Assembly (NCBI GenBank): GCA_040754495.1
Contig: JBFMCO010000056.1
Location: forward strand, 1-60,122
Reading direction: 5' to 3'
Length of the DNA: 60,122 nucleotides
Source of the DNA: Candidatus Micrarchaeota archaeon
Lineage (GTDB): Archaea > Micrarchaeota > Micrarchaeia > Anstonellales > Bilamarchaeaceae
A program made the position numbers and the translations under genes. The notes beneath the pieces were generated by a model. The model saw only the letters and a list, made by a program, of their open reading frames with translations. It searched no databases and was not told the DNA's origin. This document shows, in pieces, positions 1 to 9,493 of the stretch (positions are counted from its first letter, which is position 1; every line of letters starts with the position of its first letter).

Positions 1-120
1 ATCAAGAAGCCACTGTGGAATAGGTATTATCGGAACATACATGCGGTCCAGCAGTCTATCCGCAACTTTGTCAAGAAGGGTTTCGTGATGCCCAAAATGT
101 TCGCCTATTTATGTCCCTGA
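1..120 (+). CDS. IS630-family transposase, C-terminal fragment (truncated by window edge)
   Basis: Open frame ending in TGA at 118-120 inside the inverted repeat; helix pattern LWNRYYRNIHAVQQSIRNF. Confidence 0.65.
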   Translation: MKKPLWNRYYRNIHAVQQSIRNFVKKGFVMPKMFAYLCP

Positions 121-123
121 CTA
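1..123 (+). mobile_element. Right (3') end of an IS630-like insertion sequence, ending in TA
   Basis: Frame 1 reads IKKPLWNRYYRNIHAVQQSIRNFVKKGFVMPKMFAYLCP*, resembling IS630 transposase C-termini. The reverse complement of 97..123 matches 60001..60027 at 21/27 positions. Terminal TA at 122-123. Confidence 0.75.
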
Positions 124-582
124 TTAAAGGTCCTAAATGAAGACGAAGTTGATGCTGGCTCTGTCAAGATAGAAATTGTTGATAGCGATTTTTATCTGAA
201 CCCTGGAAAGACAGAGCAGACCATCCTATCAAAGAGCGAAGCTCCATTTAACGAATTCAAATACACCGTTACTTTCGAACCAAAAAATTATGTCGAGCTG
301 AAAAGCGGAAGCACTTCGGTCAAAAAGAGGCTTGGAACTCTTGTTGCGACTTTTCGGGATGTCAATAACAAAGAACGGTCATTTGAAAAAAACCTCGGCA
401 TTATCACGGTAAAAAAAGAGCCGGTTGTCGAAGAAAATAATCCAGTAGAAATGACAAACCCAAGCATCGTGCGTCCTTTCCAAAACTACTCACTGCCCCA
501 TGAATCCAAGAGCATAAGTAGATCTTTTTGTACTCCGCCCTTTGCCCTCTTGATTCTATTGGTTTTATGCAGCCGAATCTAA
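121..582 (+). pseudogene. 3' remnant of a membrane-anchored surface protein gene interrupted by the IS
   Basis: 153-codon stop-free frame starting at the IS junction with no start codon there. Beta-rich body ending in hydrophobic CTPPFALLILLVLCSRI. Visibly more AT-rich than the rest of the window. Confidence 0.6.
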
Positions 583-596
583 TCCATCCCATCTCT

Positions 597-1523
597 TTAT
601 TTCTGGAACAGGTGCAGCCTCATCGAGTGCTCGCTGTCTATCGGAGCTACTGCACGCTCTTCAAGCCGTCTCATCCCAAGGTTGATGAAAAGCCCGATAA
701 GATCGCCCCTGTGCTTGATGGGCCTGACGACCGACCTCAGGAATAGGCTCACCGCCTCAATCGGTGCAGAAGGCGTTATCCTGAACGGGTCCTCTTCCAT
801 GACTACGGCGACGCCGCCCGGGACAAGGGCATCATGTATTGACTTTGCAAGCAGCGGCTTATCCTCATCAGCGATGAGGTGGAACGTCTGGGAGCACAAA
901 ACCGTGTTGAACCGCCCGCTTAGATGGTCCGGAAGCCTCAGGGCGTTGTAATCCGTGAAGCCCACCCTCCCGATACCCTGCAGCTTCTCCTCGGCCCTTG
1001 CCAGCATTCTCGCTGAGATTTCGTTCGCGTGTATCTGGTAGGTCAGGTCCGTTTGCTCGAAAAAAGGCTCGGGAGCGAGCATGGAGAAAGGGCCCCTCAG
1101 GTTTTCGGCCGCGCACATGAACTCGACTGCGTATTTGAGCGGCTCTCCGGTTCCTGCTGTCAAATCCAGAATCGGCAGCCTCAGGTAGGGCATGCCGAAT
1201 AAGAGGACGCGCCGTATCGCATCATAATGGCCAGTCCCGGCCATGTGCTCGTCGTATCTTTCCGCGAACCTGTCATAGAGCATAGAGAAGAAGCGGACGC
1301 GCTGGTCCGGGGCGAACCTGTCGTATATATCGTTGATGGCTTTCTGTATGGCATTAATGGTCTCGTGGTGTTTCCTCTTCTGTTGAGCGAATTCCTGCAC
1401 GACTGAAAATAAGTCCTGGGGGCCCATGGATTCGGGGTGGGCTTTGAGCATTTCGAGCATAGGTGCCGGAAGCACCGGCCCGCCCTTCGGCTCACTCTTA
1501 CGGAGTACCCTCCTCCCTGCCAT
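597..1523 (-). CDS. Class I SAM-dependent methyltransferase with N-terminal extension
   Basis: Motif I ILDLTAGTG, FNTVLCSQTFHLI, LVPGG. Confidence 0.8.
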   Translation of the reverse strand: MAGRRVLRKSEPKGGPVLPAPMLEMLKAHPESMGPQDLFSVVQEFAQQKRKHHETINAIQKAINDIYDRFAPDQRVRFFSMLYDRFAERYDEHMAGTGHYDAIRRVLLFGMPYLRLPILDLTAGTGEPLKYAVEFMCAAENLRGPFSMLAPEPFFEQTDLTYQIHANEISARMLARAEEKLQGIGRVGFTDYNALRLPDHLSGRFNTVLCSQTFHLIADEDKPLLAKSIHDALVPGGVAVVMEEDPFRITPSAPIEAVSLFLRSVVRPIKHRGDLIGLFINLGMRRLEERAVAPIDSEHSMRLHLFQK

Positions 1524-1608
1524 AAACCGTTTTCAAACACAACTGTTTAAATTCGCGGACGGTCGTGAAATCAATAACCTATAAATTTATTCCCACCATA
1601 CTCAGCGC

Positions 1609-2547
1609 ATGCAGTACAAGGTCGAGCTAATCTCATCAGCGGAGAAGGACTCCCTAATGAGGAAAATCTACTCGTCCGCGCTCTTCGAGCGCAAGGCCGT
1701 CATCCACGGGACCTGCGTGAAGTTCTTCACCGACAGCCACGATTTCAAGGACATGTGGGAGGACAACTTCGAGCAGATGCCGGACTGGCTGAGGCCGCAC
1801 GCGAGGCTGTTCGCGGTTTCGGGTTCCCGGTTGAGGGTCATGTACGAGCCGCTCTCGAAGACGGTAATCATCGAGGGCTGCGACTACTACGGCTGGGTAA
1901 AAAGCATCGCGCTCGCGCTCGTCGCGGAATTCATGGAGGACTTCACCTCCGAGCACCGCCGCTACTCGATACACGGCTCCTTCATAGACATGAGGGGAAG
2001 GGGCGTCGCGGTCATCGGGCCCTCCGGCAGCGGGAAGACCACCCTCACCTACGGCCTCCTGCTGGACAAGTGCTTCAACTTCGTGACGGACGACTGGTTT
2101 TTCGTCAGGCTCGCAGACAGCGAGACGCTCGTCTATTCCTCGGAGAAGAACTCGTACATCCGGGGCGACCTTTCTGACAGCTGGCCCGAGTACAAGAAGC
2201 TTGAAGGCATAAAGAAGGACAGCAGGGAGCGGGCTGTCGTGGACGTGAAGCGCCTGCTCGGCGGCGAGCGCATAAGGACTGATTCGACGCTTTCCCTCAC
2301 CGTGCTTCTCACAAGGGACAAATCGCTCCCCCCGCTGCAGAAGCTTTCTCCAGGGAGCGCCCTTGCATTCATGGTGAAGAACGACTTCTGCAATCCGCAC
2401 CAGCTTGCCCGCGGAAGGGAGAAGCTCGCGGCGAGGAAGGGATTCTTCAGGGAGCTATTCACCCGCGCTCCGGTGTACCTGCTCAACACGGTGGAAACGC
2501 CAAGGCAGAGCCTGGAGCGCTTGAAGGAACTTGCACAGGCGGTCTGA
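1609..2547 (+). CDS. HPr kinase/phosphorylase-like P-loop protein
   Basis: IHGSFIDMRGRGVAVIGPSGSGKTT followed by FVTDDW: the HprK-type H-G, Walker A and DD arrangement. Confidence 0.75.
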   Translation: MQYKVELISSAEKDSLMRKIYSSALFERKAVIHGTCVKFFTDSHDFKDMWEDNFEQMPDWLRPHARLFAVSGSRLRVMYEPLSKTVIIEGCDYYGWVKSIALALVAEFMEDFTSEHRRYSIHGSFIDMRGRGVAVIGPSGSGKTTLTYGLLLDKCFNFVTDDWFFVRLADSETLVYSSEKNSYIRGDLSDSWPEYKKLEGIKKDSRERAVVDVKRLLGGERIRTDSTLSLTVLLTRDKSLPPLQKLSPGSALAFMVKNDFCNPHQLARGREKLAARKGFFRELFTRAPVYLLNTVETPRQSLERLKELAQAV

Positions 2548-3386
2548 TGAAGGTAGCACTCATACAGATGTCCATGTCGGCAGACAAGGCATCGAACGTC
2601 TCGAAGGCGGTAAAAAAAATCGGCGAGGCAGCGGCAAAAGGCGCCGGCATCGTCTGCCTCCCGGAGCTTTTCACCTCCCCATATTTCCCCCAGGAGGAGA
2701 AGGCGGATGCGGAAAGATTTGCCGAAAGCGTGCCCGGGCCGACAACTGAAGCGCTCTCCAAAGCCGCAAAGCAGAACAAGGTGATCGTGGTCGGCGGGTC
2801 GGTTTTTGAGCGCTCGAACGGAAAGCTCTTCAACACCACGCCTGTTTTCGATGCCGGCGGCCGGATGCTGGGAACTTATCGTAAGATGCACATACCGCAC
2901 GACCCGGGCTTCTTCGAGCAGAACTATTTCGAGAAGGGCGACCTCGGCTACAAGGTGTTCGAAACCCGATACGGGAAACTGGGAACTCTCATCTGCTACG
3001 ACCAGTGGTTCCCGGAGGCCGCGAGGACGCTTGCGCTCATGGGCGCTGACATGATTTTCTATCCGACCGCAATCGGCGCCGTGGACGGCGTCGTGCAGAC
3101 AGAAGGGAGCTGGCAGGAGGCGTGGGAAACGGTCCAGCGCGGCCATGCCATCGCGAACGCGGCCGCAGTGTGCGCCGTGAACCGCGTCGGCAGGGAAGGA
3201 AAGACGAAATTCTGGGGCGGCTCGTTCATCTGCTCGCAGTTCGGGACGATCCTCGCGAGGGGTTCCGACAGGGAGGAGATAGTGATGGCGGATGTCGGGC
3301 CTGAGCTCGGAAAGCATGTCCGGGAGGGCTGGCGCTTCTTTTACAACCGCAGGCCCGAGACGTACGACAAACTGACGGAGCGATAG
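2547..3386 (+). CDS. aguB: N-carbamoylputrescine amidase (carbon-nitrogen hydrolase)
   Basis: Nitrilase triad CLPELF / YRKMHIP / ICYDQWFPE; adjacent to agmatine deiminase. Confidence 0.88.
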   Translation: MKVALIQMSMSADKASNVSKAVKKIGEAAAKGAGIVCLPELFTSPYFPQEEKADAERFAESVPGPTTEALSKAAKQNKVIVVGGSVFERSNGKLFNTTPVFDAGGRMLGTYRKMHIPHDPGFFEQNYFEKGDLGYKVFETRYGKLGTLICYDQWFPEAARTLALMGADMIFYPTAIGAVDGVVQTEGSWQEAWETVQRGHAIANAAAVCAVNRVGREGKTKFWGGSFICSQFGTILARGSDREEIVMADVGPELGKHVREGWRFFYNRRPETYDKLTER

Positions 3387-3387
3387 G

Positions 3388-4401
3388 ATGAAATACCACA
3401 TGCCGGCCGAATGGGAGCCTCACGAGGCTACATGGCTCTCATGGCCCAAGGACCCGCTGACTTTCCCCGAGCCTGTGCTTCCGAAAGTGGAGCAAGTCTA
3501 TATGGAAATGATGCTCGCCCTCAGCCCGCACGAGAGGGTGCATCTCCTTGTCGATGACGAGAAGGCGGAAGAAAAGGTCAGGAAGATGCTTGAAGAACGC
3601 GGCCCGACAAAGAACATCTACATCCATCGGATAAAGACCGTGGACGTGTGGATGCGCGACTACGGCCCCATCTTCGTCCGGGACAGGAAGGGCATGCTTC
3701 TCATGACCAAATGGCTCTTCAATGCCTGGGGCGGGAAATATGAGGAGCTGCTTGCAGACAACGGCGTCGTGGACGAGATATCCCCGATGCTCGCAATGGA
3801 TATAATCAAGCCGGGCATAATCCTCGAGGGCGGCTCCATAGAGGTGAACGGGAGGGGCACGCTTCTCACGACCGAGCAGTGCCTGCTCAACCAGAACCGG
3901 AACAAGATGTCGAAGTTCCAGCTCGAGGGATACCTGAAGGAATATCTCGGCGCCGCCAAAGTGGTCTGGCTCAAGGAAGGCATCGCCGGGGACGACACGG
4001 ACGGGCACATAGACGACATCGCCCGCTTCGTGAATCCCTCGACAATCCTCTGCGCGTACGAGGAGGACGCATCCGACGAGAACCACCTGATCCTAAAGAA
4101 GAACTTCGAGGACCTGCAGAAGGCAAAGGACCAGGACAGGAACCCGTTCGATGTGAGGCCCCTGCCGATGCCCGGGCCTGTCCGGTCGCCGCAAGGCAGG
4201 CTGCCGGCAAGCTATGCGAATTTCTACATAGGCAACGGGGCAGTCCTCCTCCCTGTCTTCGGGCACAAGAACGACGAGAAGGCAATCTCCCTGCTCGAGG
4301 AGTCATTCCCAGGCCGGAAGGTCGTGCCGATAAACTGCGAGCCCCTTGTCTGGGGGCTCGGCGCCATCCACTGCGTGACTCAGCAGCAGCCGAGGGCCTG
4401 A
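3388..4401 (+). CDS. aguA: Agmatine deiminase
   Basis: MPAEWEPH, WMRDYGP, EGGSIE, DTDGHIDD, GLGAIHCVTQQQP. Confidence 0.95.
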   Translation: MKYHMPAEWEPHEATWLSWPKDPLTFPEPVLPKVEQVYMEMMLALSPHERVHLLVDDEKAEEKVRKMLEERGPTKNIYIHRIKTVDVWMRDYGPIFVRDRKGMLLMTKWLFNAWGGKYEELLADNGVVDEISPMLAMDIIKPGIILEGGSIEVNGRGTLLTTEQCLLNQNRNKMSKFQLEGYLKEYLGAAKVVWLKEGIAGDDTDGHIDDIARFVNPSTILCAYEEDASDENHLILKKNFEDLQKAKDQDRNPFDVRPLPMPGPVRSPQGRLPASYANFYIGNGAVLLPVFGHKNDEKAISLLEESFPGRKVVPINCEPLVWGLGAIHCVTQQQPRA

Positions 4402-4461
4402 CCCGCTTCCGGGACGGCATTCTTAAAAATCTACCCTCCGACTCTTGCCCGAGGTGACCTC

Positions 4462-4692
4462 ATGGGTGGTGAAAAGATGAAAGCGAACGTGTGCGAAGGC
4501 TGCTGCGGCATGTGCGGAGCGTGCGGCATACTCGGCGGCATACTGGTGCTGGTCGCTGGCGCGGCGTTATTCATGTTCGGCAACGCGAATCTCGACCCCC
4601 GCATCTCGCATATGGCGGGCGGAGTCGCACTCGCGCTTTACGGCGTGGGGCTGCTCGTGCATGCGCTGAAACTCTGCCCAATGTGCAAGTGA
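4462..4692 (+). CDS. Small two-TM membrane protein with Cys-rich termini (start 4462 or 4477)
   Basis: CEGCCGMCGAC N-terminus, two hydrophobic helices, CPMC C-terminus; GAGGTGA RBS upstream. Confidence 0.75.
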   Translation: MGGEKMKANVCEGCCGMCGACGILGGILVLVAGAALFMFGNANLDPRISHMAGGVALALYGVGLLVHALKLCPMCK

Positions 4693-4735
4693 AGGGTTTT
4701 ATTCCCTTCCCGGCATCATATGCTTACGTTCCTCT

Positions 4736-5857
4736 ATGCTTAGCCTGTTGAAGGGAAACGGATTCTCCCGCCTGATTATCGTCTACCTGATGTGGCTCAT
4801 GAGCTGGGGCCTGGCCGCATCCATGTTCGAGGTCTATTTCTTCAACCTCGGCATGCCGATGCAGGACATCTATCTCGCGAACAGTTTCTGGTTCATGGCC
4901 GGGCTAATCGTCATCCCGCTCTTCCGCGGGTTCCACACCCGCAATTTCATGATGGCCGGAATCAGCATCGCGCTCTTCGCAGTCCTGCTGATGTTCTTCT
5001 TTCCCCACCCCTTCGTATCATACGCCTTCAGGTTCGTCGTCGGCGCAACGCACCTGTTCTTCTGGGCCCCGTTCAACACGCTTTACTACGAGCACAGGAA
5101 AGAGAACAACGCCGCGATGGGTGCGCTCTACTACTCCGCCGGGCCGTTCCTGTCCCTTTTCATCCCGGCAGTAGCCGGGTCCGTCGCGGCATTGCTGGGC
5201 TTCCAGGCGCTCTATCTCGCCTCCGCCCTGCTTTTCACATTTACGCTCGTGCTGTGCTTCTTCTTCGTGGAAAAGCGCCATTACGAATACGACCCCGTCG
5301 CAGCCCTCCGGGCCATAAACGGCCTCAAGTCGATCATCTTCCTCGAAGGCTTCTCGCCCATGGTCATCACCTCGGTAACGCTCGAAGTCATGCTCCTCAC
5401 GTTCACCGACAAGCCGCTGGAATACGGGGCGTTCCTGTCACTTGCGACAGTATTCTCCATACTCGCCGCAATGGTCGCGGCGAGGGCCTCGGACAGGATG
5501 AAGACGCGCAGGGAGCTCATCCTGCCTTTTGTAGCCTGCCTCTCCCTCTCTGTCGTCTTCGCGAGCTTCTCGCAGGATATCGCGACGTTCTTCGTCGCCT
5601 TCGGCCTCATCAACTTCTTCAGCCGCATCTTCTTCCCGCTGCCTCTCGCCCTGGTCGTGGACAACAGCAGGAACCTGGCACACAGCATGATAGGCCGCGA
5701 AATCGTCCTTACCGCAGGCAGGCTGTCCGGCGCCCTCTGCGGCTATGCCCTGTTCCTGTTCAGTGACATCCGCACCGTGCTGCTTTTCCAGGGCGCGGTC
5801 CTCCTCCTGTACGTGCCGCTTTTCGAGAACAGGAAGCGCAAGCTCGCGAAGCATTAG
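4736..5857 (+). CDS. MFS-type transporter
   Basis: Many hydrophobic segments; AARASDRMKTRR loop motif; two-fold MFS-like layout. Confidence 0.8.
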   Translation: MLSLLKGNGFSRLIIVYLMWLMSWGLAASMFEVYFFNLGMPMQDIYLANSFWFMAGLIVIPLFRGFHTRNFMMAGISIALFAVLLMFFFPHPFVSYAFRFVVGATHLFFWAPFNTLYYEHRKENNAAMGALYYSAGPFLSLFIPAVAGSVAALLGFQALYLASALLFTFTLVLCFFFVEKRHYEYDPVAALRAINGLKSIIFLEGFSPMVITSVTLEVMLLTFTDKPLEYGAFLSLATVFSILAAMVAARASDRMKTRRELILPFVACLSLSVVFASFSQDIATFFVAFGLINFFSRIFFPLPLALVVDNSRNLAHSMIGREIVLTAGRLSGALCGYALFLFSDIRTVLLFQGAVLLLYVPLFENRKRKLAKH

Positions 5858-6351
5858 CTCCTTTTGTTCTCTAAGGGGACAGGCACCACGAACGAGCACC
5901 TCGTGCCCTCGGGCGGCGGCGCTGCCCTCAGCCCGCTAAAGTCAATGCCCGTGGCCTTTATGATCTCCCTGGCGCCGAGCCTCTCCCCCGGGCTCACCCA
6001 TGCGTCCTCCACGAGAAGCCTTCCCCTGCCGTCCACGGAGACCGAGACGTTGAGCGTCAGGCGCTCCCCCTCCTGCGCTTTCGACATCCTCTTCAGGTCG
6101 TCGCCGTGCTCGCTTGCCGCGGCCTTCACCCGCCTCTCTATCTCGCTTGCTCCTGCCAGGGCCCTTCCGCACGCCTCCTCGGCATTTGAGCGGGCTGGCG
6201 CGGCTTTGGCCTCCCTCGCGCTGCCGGAATGGCCGGCCGTATACCCCCCCGCGAAACAGATCCCCGCAATGAGGACCGTGGCCGTAGCGAATCCAGCAGG
6301 CTTTATCCTGCTGCCTGCCGCGGCCGAAGCATCCACGAAACGGAGCCTCAT
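5854..6351 (-). CDS. Hypothetical membrane-anchored protein, possible TonB-C-like C-terminal domain
   Basis: N-terminal TM, Ala-rich helix, C-terminal LNVSVSVDGRGRL...FVVPVPL. Confidence 0.6.
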   Translation of the reverse strand: MRLRFVDASAAAGSRIKPAGFATATVLIAGICFAGGYTAGHSGSAREAKAAPARSNAEEACGRALAGASEIERRVKAAASEHGDDLKRMSKAQEGERLTLNVSVSVDGRGRLLVEDAWVSPGERLGAREIIKATGIDFSGLRAAPPPEGTRCSFVVPVPLENKRS

Positions 6352-6480
6352 ACCCCCACCTCCCTGTGCAATTTACATAGTAAATCTTTATAAAGTTGAA
6401 TCTTTTTCGCCCATTTCCTTCCAAATAGTATGAAAATTCATTTAAATATGGGCATTTTCAGGTGGATTCAACAAACAGAT

Positions 6481-7053
6481 TCACCGCTTGCGTGCCTCTA
6501 TCATGAAGACGTCCTTTCCGCGGTCCTTTATTATCTCGAATCCGGCCTTCCCCAGGTCGTCCATCAGGCTCTCCTTGGTGAATTTGGCGTCGAAAGGGTC
6601 GAAAGGAAGGAGGAGCGTGAGCGGCCACATGAACCCCTTTCCCTCGTCCATGATGTAAAAGTGCCCGCCGCTCCGTAAGACCCTGAAAGCCTCGGAGAGG
6701 GCTTTCCTGTATCCGGCAATGTGGTGGAGCGCGTTCGATTCGACGACGCAGTCGAAGCTCCCTTCCTTGAATGGCAGGGCCGTGGCGTCCGCCTGCATGA
6801 CCAGGACATCGCTGCCTTCAAGCAGCTTCCGGGCCTTTGCGACCTGCATCGCATCGTAATCAGTCGAAGTGAGCTTCACCCGGAAGCGTCTGGATATCTC
6901 CCTGCCCGTGAATCCGGCCCCGCAGCCGAACTCAAGGCAGTTCCCCCCGAGCCTGCAGAAATCCAGGAACCATTTGAGGAAGGTGTGCCTGAAAAAATAG
7001 TTGTATGCCCTGCTGTTGACAAGCGCCTTCTCAATCCATCTCATTTCTGCCAT
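6481..7053 (-). CDS. Class I SAM-dependent methyltransferase (type 11)
   Basis: CLEFGCGAG, ADATALPFKEGSFDCV, LHHI, RVLRSGG. Confidence 0.92.
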   Translation of the reverse strand: MAEMRWIEKALVNSRAYNYFFRHTFLKWFLDFCRLGGNCLEFGCGAGFTGREISRRFRVKLTSTDYDAMQVAKARKLLEGSDVLVMQADATALPFKEGSFDCVVESNALHHIAGYRKALSEAFRVLRSGGHFYIMDEGKGFMWPLTLLLPFDPFDAKFTKESLMDDLGKAGFEIIKDRGKDVFMIEARKR

Positions 7054-7077
7054 GGTTTCACGCCGGGCCGCGGCCCC

Positions 7078-7848
7078 TCAGATTTTCTCCACTCCGAGGT
7101 GCTCCCTGAAATAATCCACTGCGTGGAGCTGCATCTCCTTGTTGTCCTTGTAGCCGAACTGCTCGTGTAGCTGGAGCATGTACGGGTGCGGCGAGAAGTG
7201 CGGCACGGTTATGGCATACCCCTCCATGTCCATCGAGGCGGATTTCATGGACGCCCCGCCGTATTTCTCATAGACGCTCTTGAACCTGGCCGAAGTGGCC
7301 GCCTGCTCCCTCGACACTATCCTGCCTTCCACGCCCTGGTGTATGAATGTGAACGCGATGCGCTTCTTCTCAGGCTTGCCGGTGACAAGGTTCATCATTG
7401 GCTTCTCCACGGACGCGCTTATGCGCATCTCCCCGGCCCCGGCCTTCACCTCGTACTCGCCCTTCTCAAGATGGAGCAGGAGGAAAGAGGTGAAGAACTC
7501 CTTGGCATCCTTGAAGTTGACAGACTTGGACAGCACTATCAGCCGCTCGCCGGCGAAGAACAGCGAGCGCATGGCGCCGTGCGCGAAGCCGTTGCCGAGC
7601 CGCTCGTCGTCGAGGAGCACGTTCTGGAAGTAGTTGTTCGGGACGGCATAAGCGGCCCGCGCCTCGAACATCGGGTAGACGAGCCTGACCGGCCAGTTCA
7701 TGGAGCTGTAGACGGCCCTCTTTATCGGCGAAAGGCTCTCCGCCATGAGCTTCGTGTGCTCCATCCGGGATTTGTCCTCCTCGAGCATGCCGGATACGAG
7801 AGCACCGTACGCCTCCATAGCCTTCGCTTTCTGGCAGAGCTGGCACAT
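7078..7848 (-). CDS. Hypothetical protein with N-terminal CxxC
   Basis: 256-aa ORF with genome-typical GC3 bias; starts MCQLC; no family recognised. Confidence 0.75.
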   Translation of the reverse strand: MCQLCQKAKAMEAYGALVSGMLEEDKSRMEHTKLMAESLSPIKRAVYSSMNWPVRLVYPMFEARAAYAVPNNYFQNVLLDDERLGNGFAHGAMRSLFFAGERLIVLSKSVNFKDAKEFFTSFLLLHLEKGEYEVKAGAGEMRISASVEKPMMNLVTGKPEKKRIAFTFIHQGVEGRIVSREQAATSARFKSVYEKYGGASMKSASMDMEGYAITVPHFSPHPYMLQLHEQFGYKDNKEMQLHAVDYFREHLGVEKI

Positions 7849-7899
7849 GAAAGGAAAACGACCTTCGCCTTTTTTAAGTTTTATCGTGCCATAAAAGTC

Positions 7900-8976
7900 G
7901 TGGACAAGAAACAGCTTCTGCTGATTGGTTCAGGGTTAATAGTGCTGCTGCTCGTGATGGAGCCGTTCTTCTTCGGGGGAGGCGGCACCAGGACCGGCCC
8001 CTCCATCCAGCCTGGCAGGAACTACACCGGCACTACCATCTTCAACGGCAGCATAAGGACGTACGACCCCTACCTGTACCTGCCCGTGGACACCGACCAG
8101 TCCGTGATAAGCCAGCTCAGGCTGCTCGAGGCCGTGAGCGACGTCCGGGCAGAGCAGAACAGCTACGTCGTGCAGGTGAGGACGCGCGACGATGTCTTCC
8201 CGACCGCGGCATGGCTCATGGAACGGAACGTCACGTCATACTCCATCGCCAACGTCGCAGTCAACCAGGGCCTGGAGGTAAACACGAGCTCCGGCTTCAT
8301 CAACGCGACGGTCCCGGGCGGCGTCATACGCGTGGTGGCCGAGCCCCTGCTCGATGCCGGCCACGAGGTCACGGTTTCGATGGTGGCCGTAGTGAGTTCC
8401 GGCCTCCTCATAGACTACAGCTCCGCGTCCCTGCTCCTCCAGGAGGAGCAGTTCGTCATGAACGCGACGGTCGAGTCGCTGGAGCAGAAGATATACACGT
8501 ACTCCGTCCCGTGGGAGGAGAGGAACTCCCTCGGGGACCTCAGCCGGCTCGGGGAGGCGAGCTACAAGAAAGTCGATTCGATGGTGTTCCCCACGCCGCT
8601 GGACATCTCGCAGATAATGGCCAAGAAGCAGTTCAGCTACATAATCTACATCGACGCTTCCAGCGCGCAGGTCGAGCCGTCCTTCGACAACCTCACGATG
8701 CTCCAGGAGAACTTCGGGGACACCCTGTTCATGCTGCCGGACTCCACACTGGTCGTACGCACGAACGGCACGCCGGACCTTCCGTACGCGCCGGATTCGG
8801 TCTTCTACAGCTACAGGCTCAGGCTGCAAGACCCGCCGTACGATTTCGGCCAGGACACGCTCGCTTACGAGAGCTCGGTCGGGCGTGAAATCAACAGCAC
8901 GGTGGAGCTCAACGTCACCGCCCTCGTGCTGGGCGACAAGGTCCTCTCCATCAAACGTGTCTCGCTCCCATCCTGA
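7900..8976 (+). CDS. Membrane-anchored exported hypothetical protein (GTG start proposed)
   Basis: Only the 3' part of the 7186..8976 ORF is free of overlap with the opposite gene. It starts VDKKQLLLIGSGLIVLLLVM and has many NxT/S sequons. Confidence 0.75.
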   Translation: MDKKQLLLIGSGLIVLLLVMEPFFFGGGGTRTGPSIQPGRNYTGTTIFNGSIRTYDPYLYLPVDTDQSVISQLRLLEAVSDVRAEQNSYVVQVRTRDDVFPTAAWLMERNVTSYSIANVAVNQGLEVNTSSGFINATVPGGVIRVVAEPLLDAGHEVTVSMVAVVSSGLLIDYSSASLLLQEEQFVMNATVESLEQKIYTYSVPWEERNSLGDLSRLGEASYKKVDSMVFPTPLDISQIMAKKQFSYIIYIDASSAQVEPSFDNLTMLQENFGDTLFMLPDSTLVVRTNGTPDLPYAPDSVFYSYRLRLQDPPYDFGQDTLAYESSVGREINSTVELNVTALVLGDKVLSIKRVSLPS

Positions 8977-9484
8977 CGAGCTTCTTCATCCTCTGCTCGG
9001 CCTCTATGGCATCCAGGACCTCTACGGCTTTCTGGGGCACATGCTTGGTCCATGAGCGGTCGCCGTCGGCCATCAGCCTCCTTATGTTGGAGCCTTCCTT
9101 CGGGCCGCGGTCGTAGAACTCGATCTGCTTGACGAGGATGCCGTGCTTGGAGAAAAGCATCTTCACGAGCTGGTTGTTCGAATACACATCGTCGATGGCG
9201 GGGATGTGGTTGAAGACGTGCTCCACCCATATTCGGTTGTCATTGACGTCCGGCACGGGGACTATGACCATGCGGCCGAGGTCTCCTTTCGGGAAACAGC
9301 GCCGCATCATCTCTATCCTCTCGCCGCACGAAAACGGATTCTCGCTGCTGTAAGAATCCTCCGAGCTCCCGACGACAACCACCACCTCGTCGTACTTCCC
9401 CAGCAGCTTCCTGATAGCGTAATAATGGCCGTGGTGGAACGGCTGGAACCTTCCCACGAAAAGCGCGCGTTTTGGCATCTTCAT
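8951..9484 (-). CDS. nadM: Nicotinamide-nucleotide adenylyltransferase
   Basis: GRFQPFHHGH, ENPFSCGER, GSNIRR. Confidence 0.92.
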   Translation of the reverse strand: MKMPKRALFVGRFQPFHHGHYYAIRKLLGKYDEVVVVVGSSEDSYSSENPFSCGERIEMMRRCFPKGDLGRMVIVPVPDVNDNRIWVEHVFNHIPAIDDVYSNNQLVKMLFSKHGILVKQIEFYDRGPKEGSNIRRLMADGDRSWTKHVPQKAVEVLDAIEAEQRMKKLVRMGARHV

Positions 9485-9493
9485 CTCATCACT

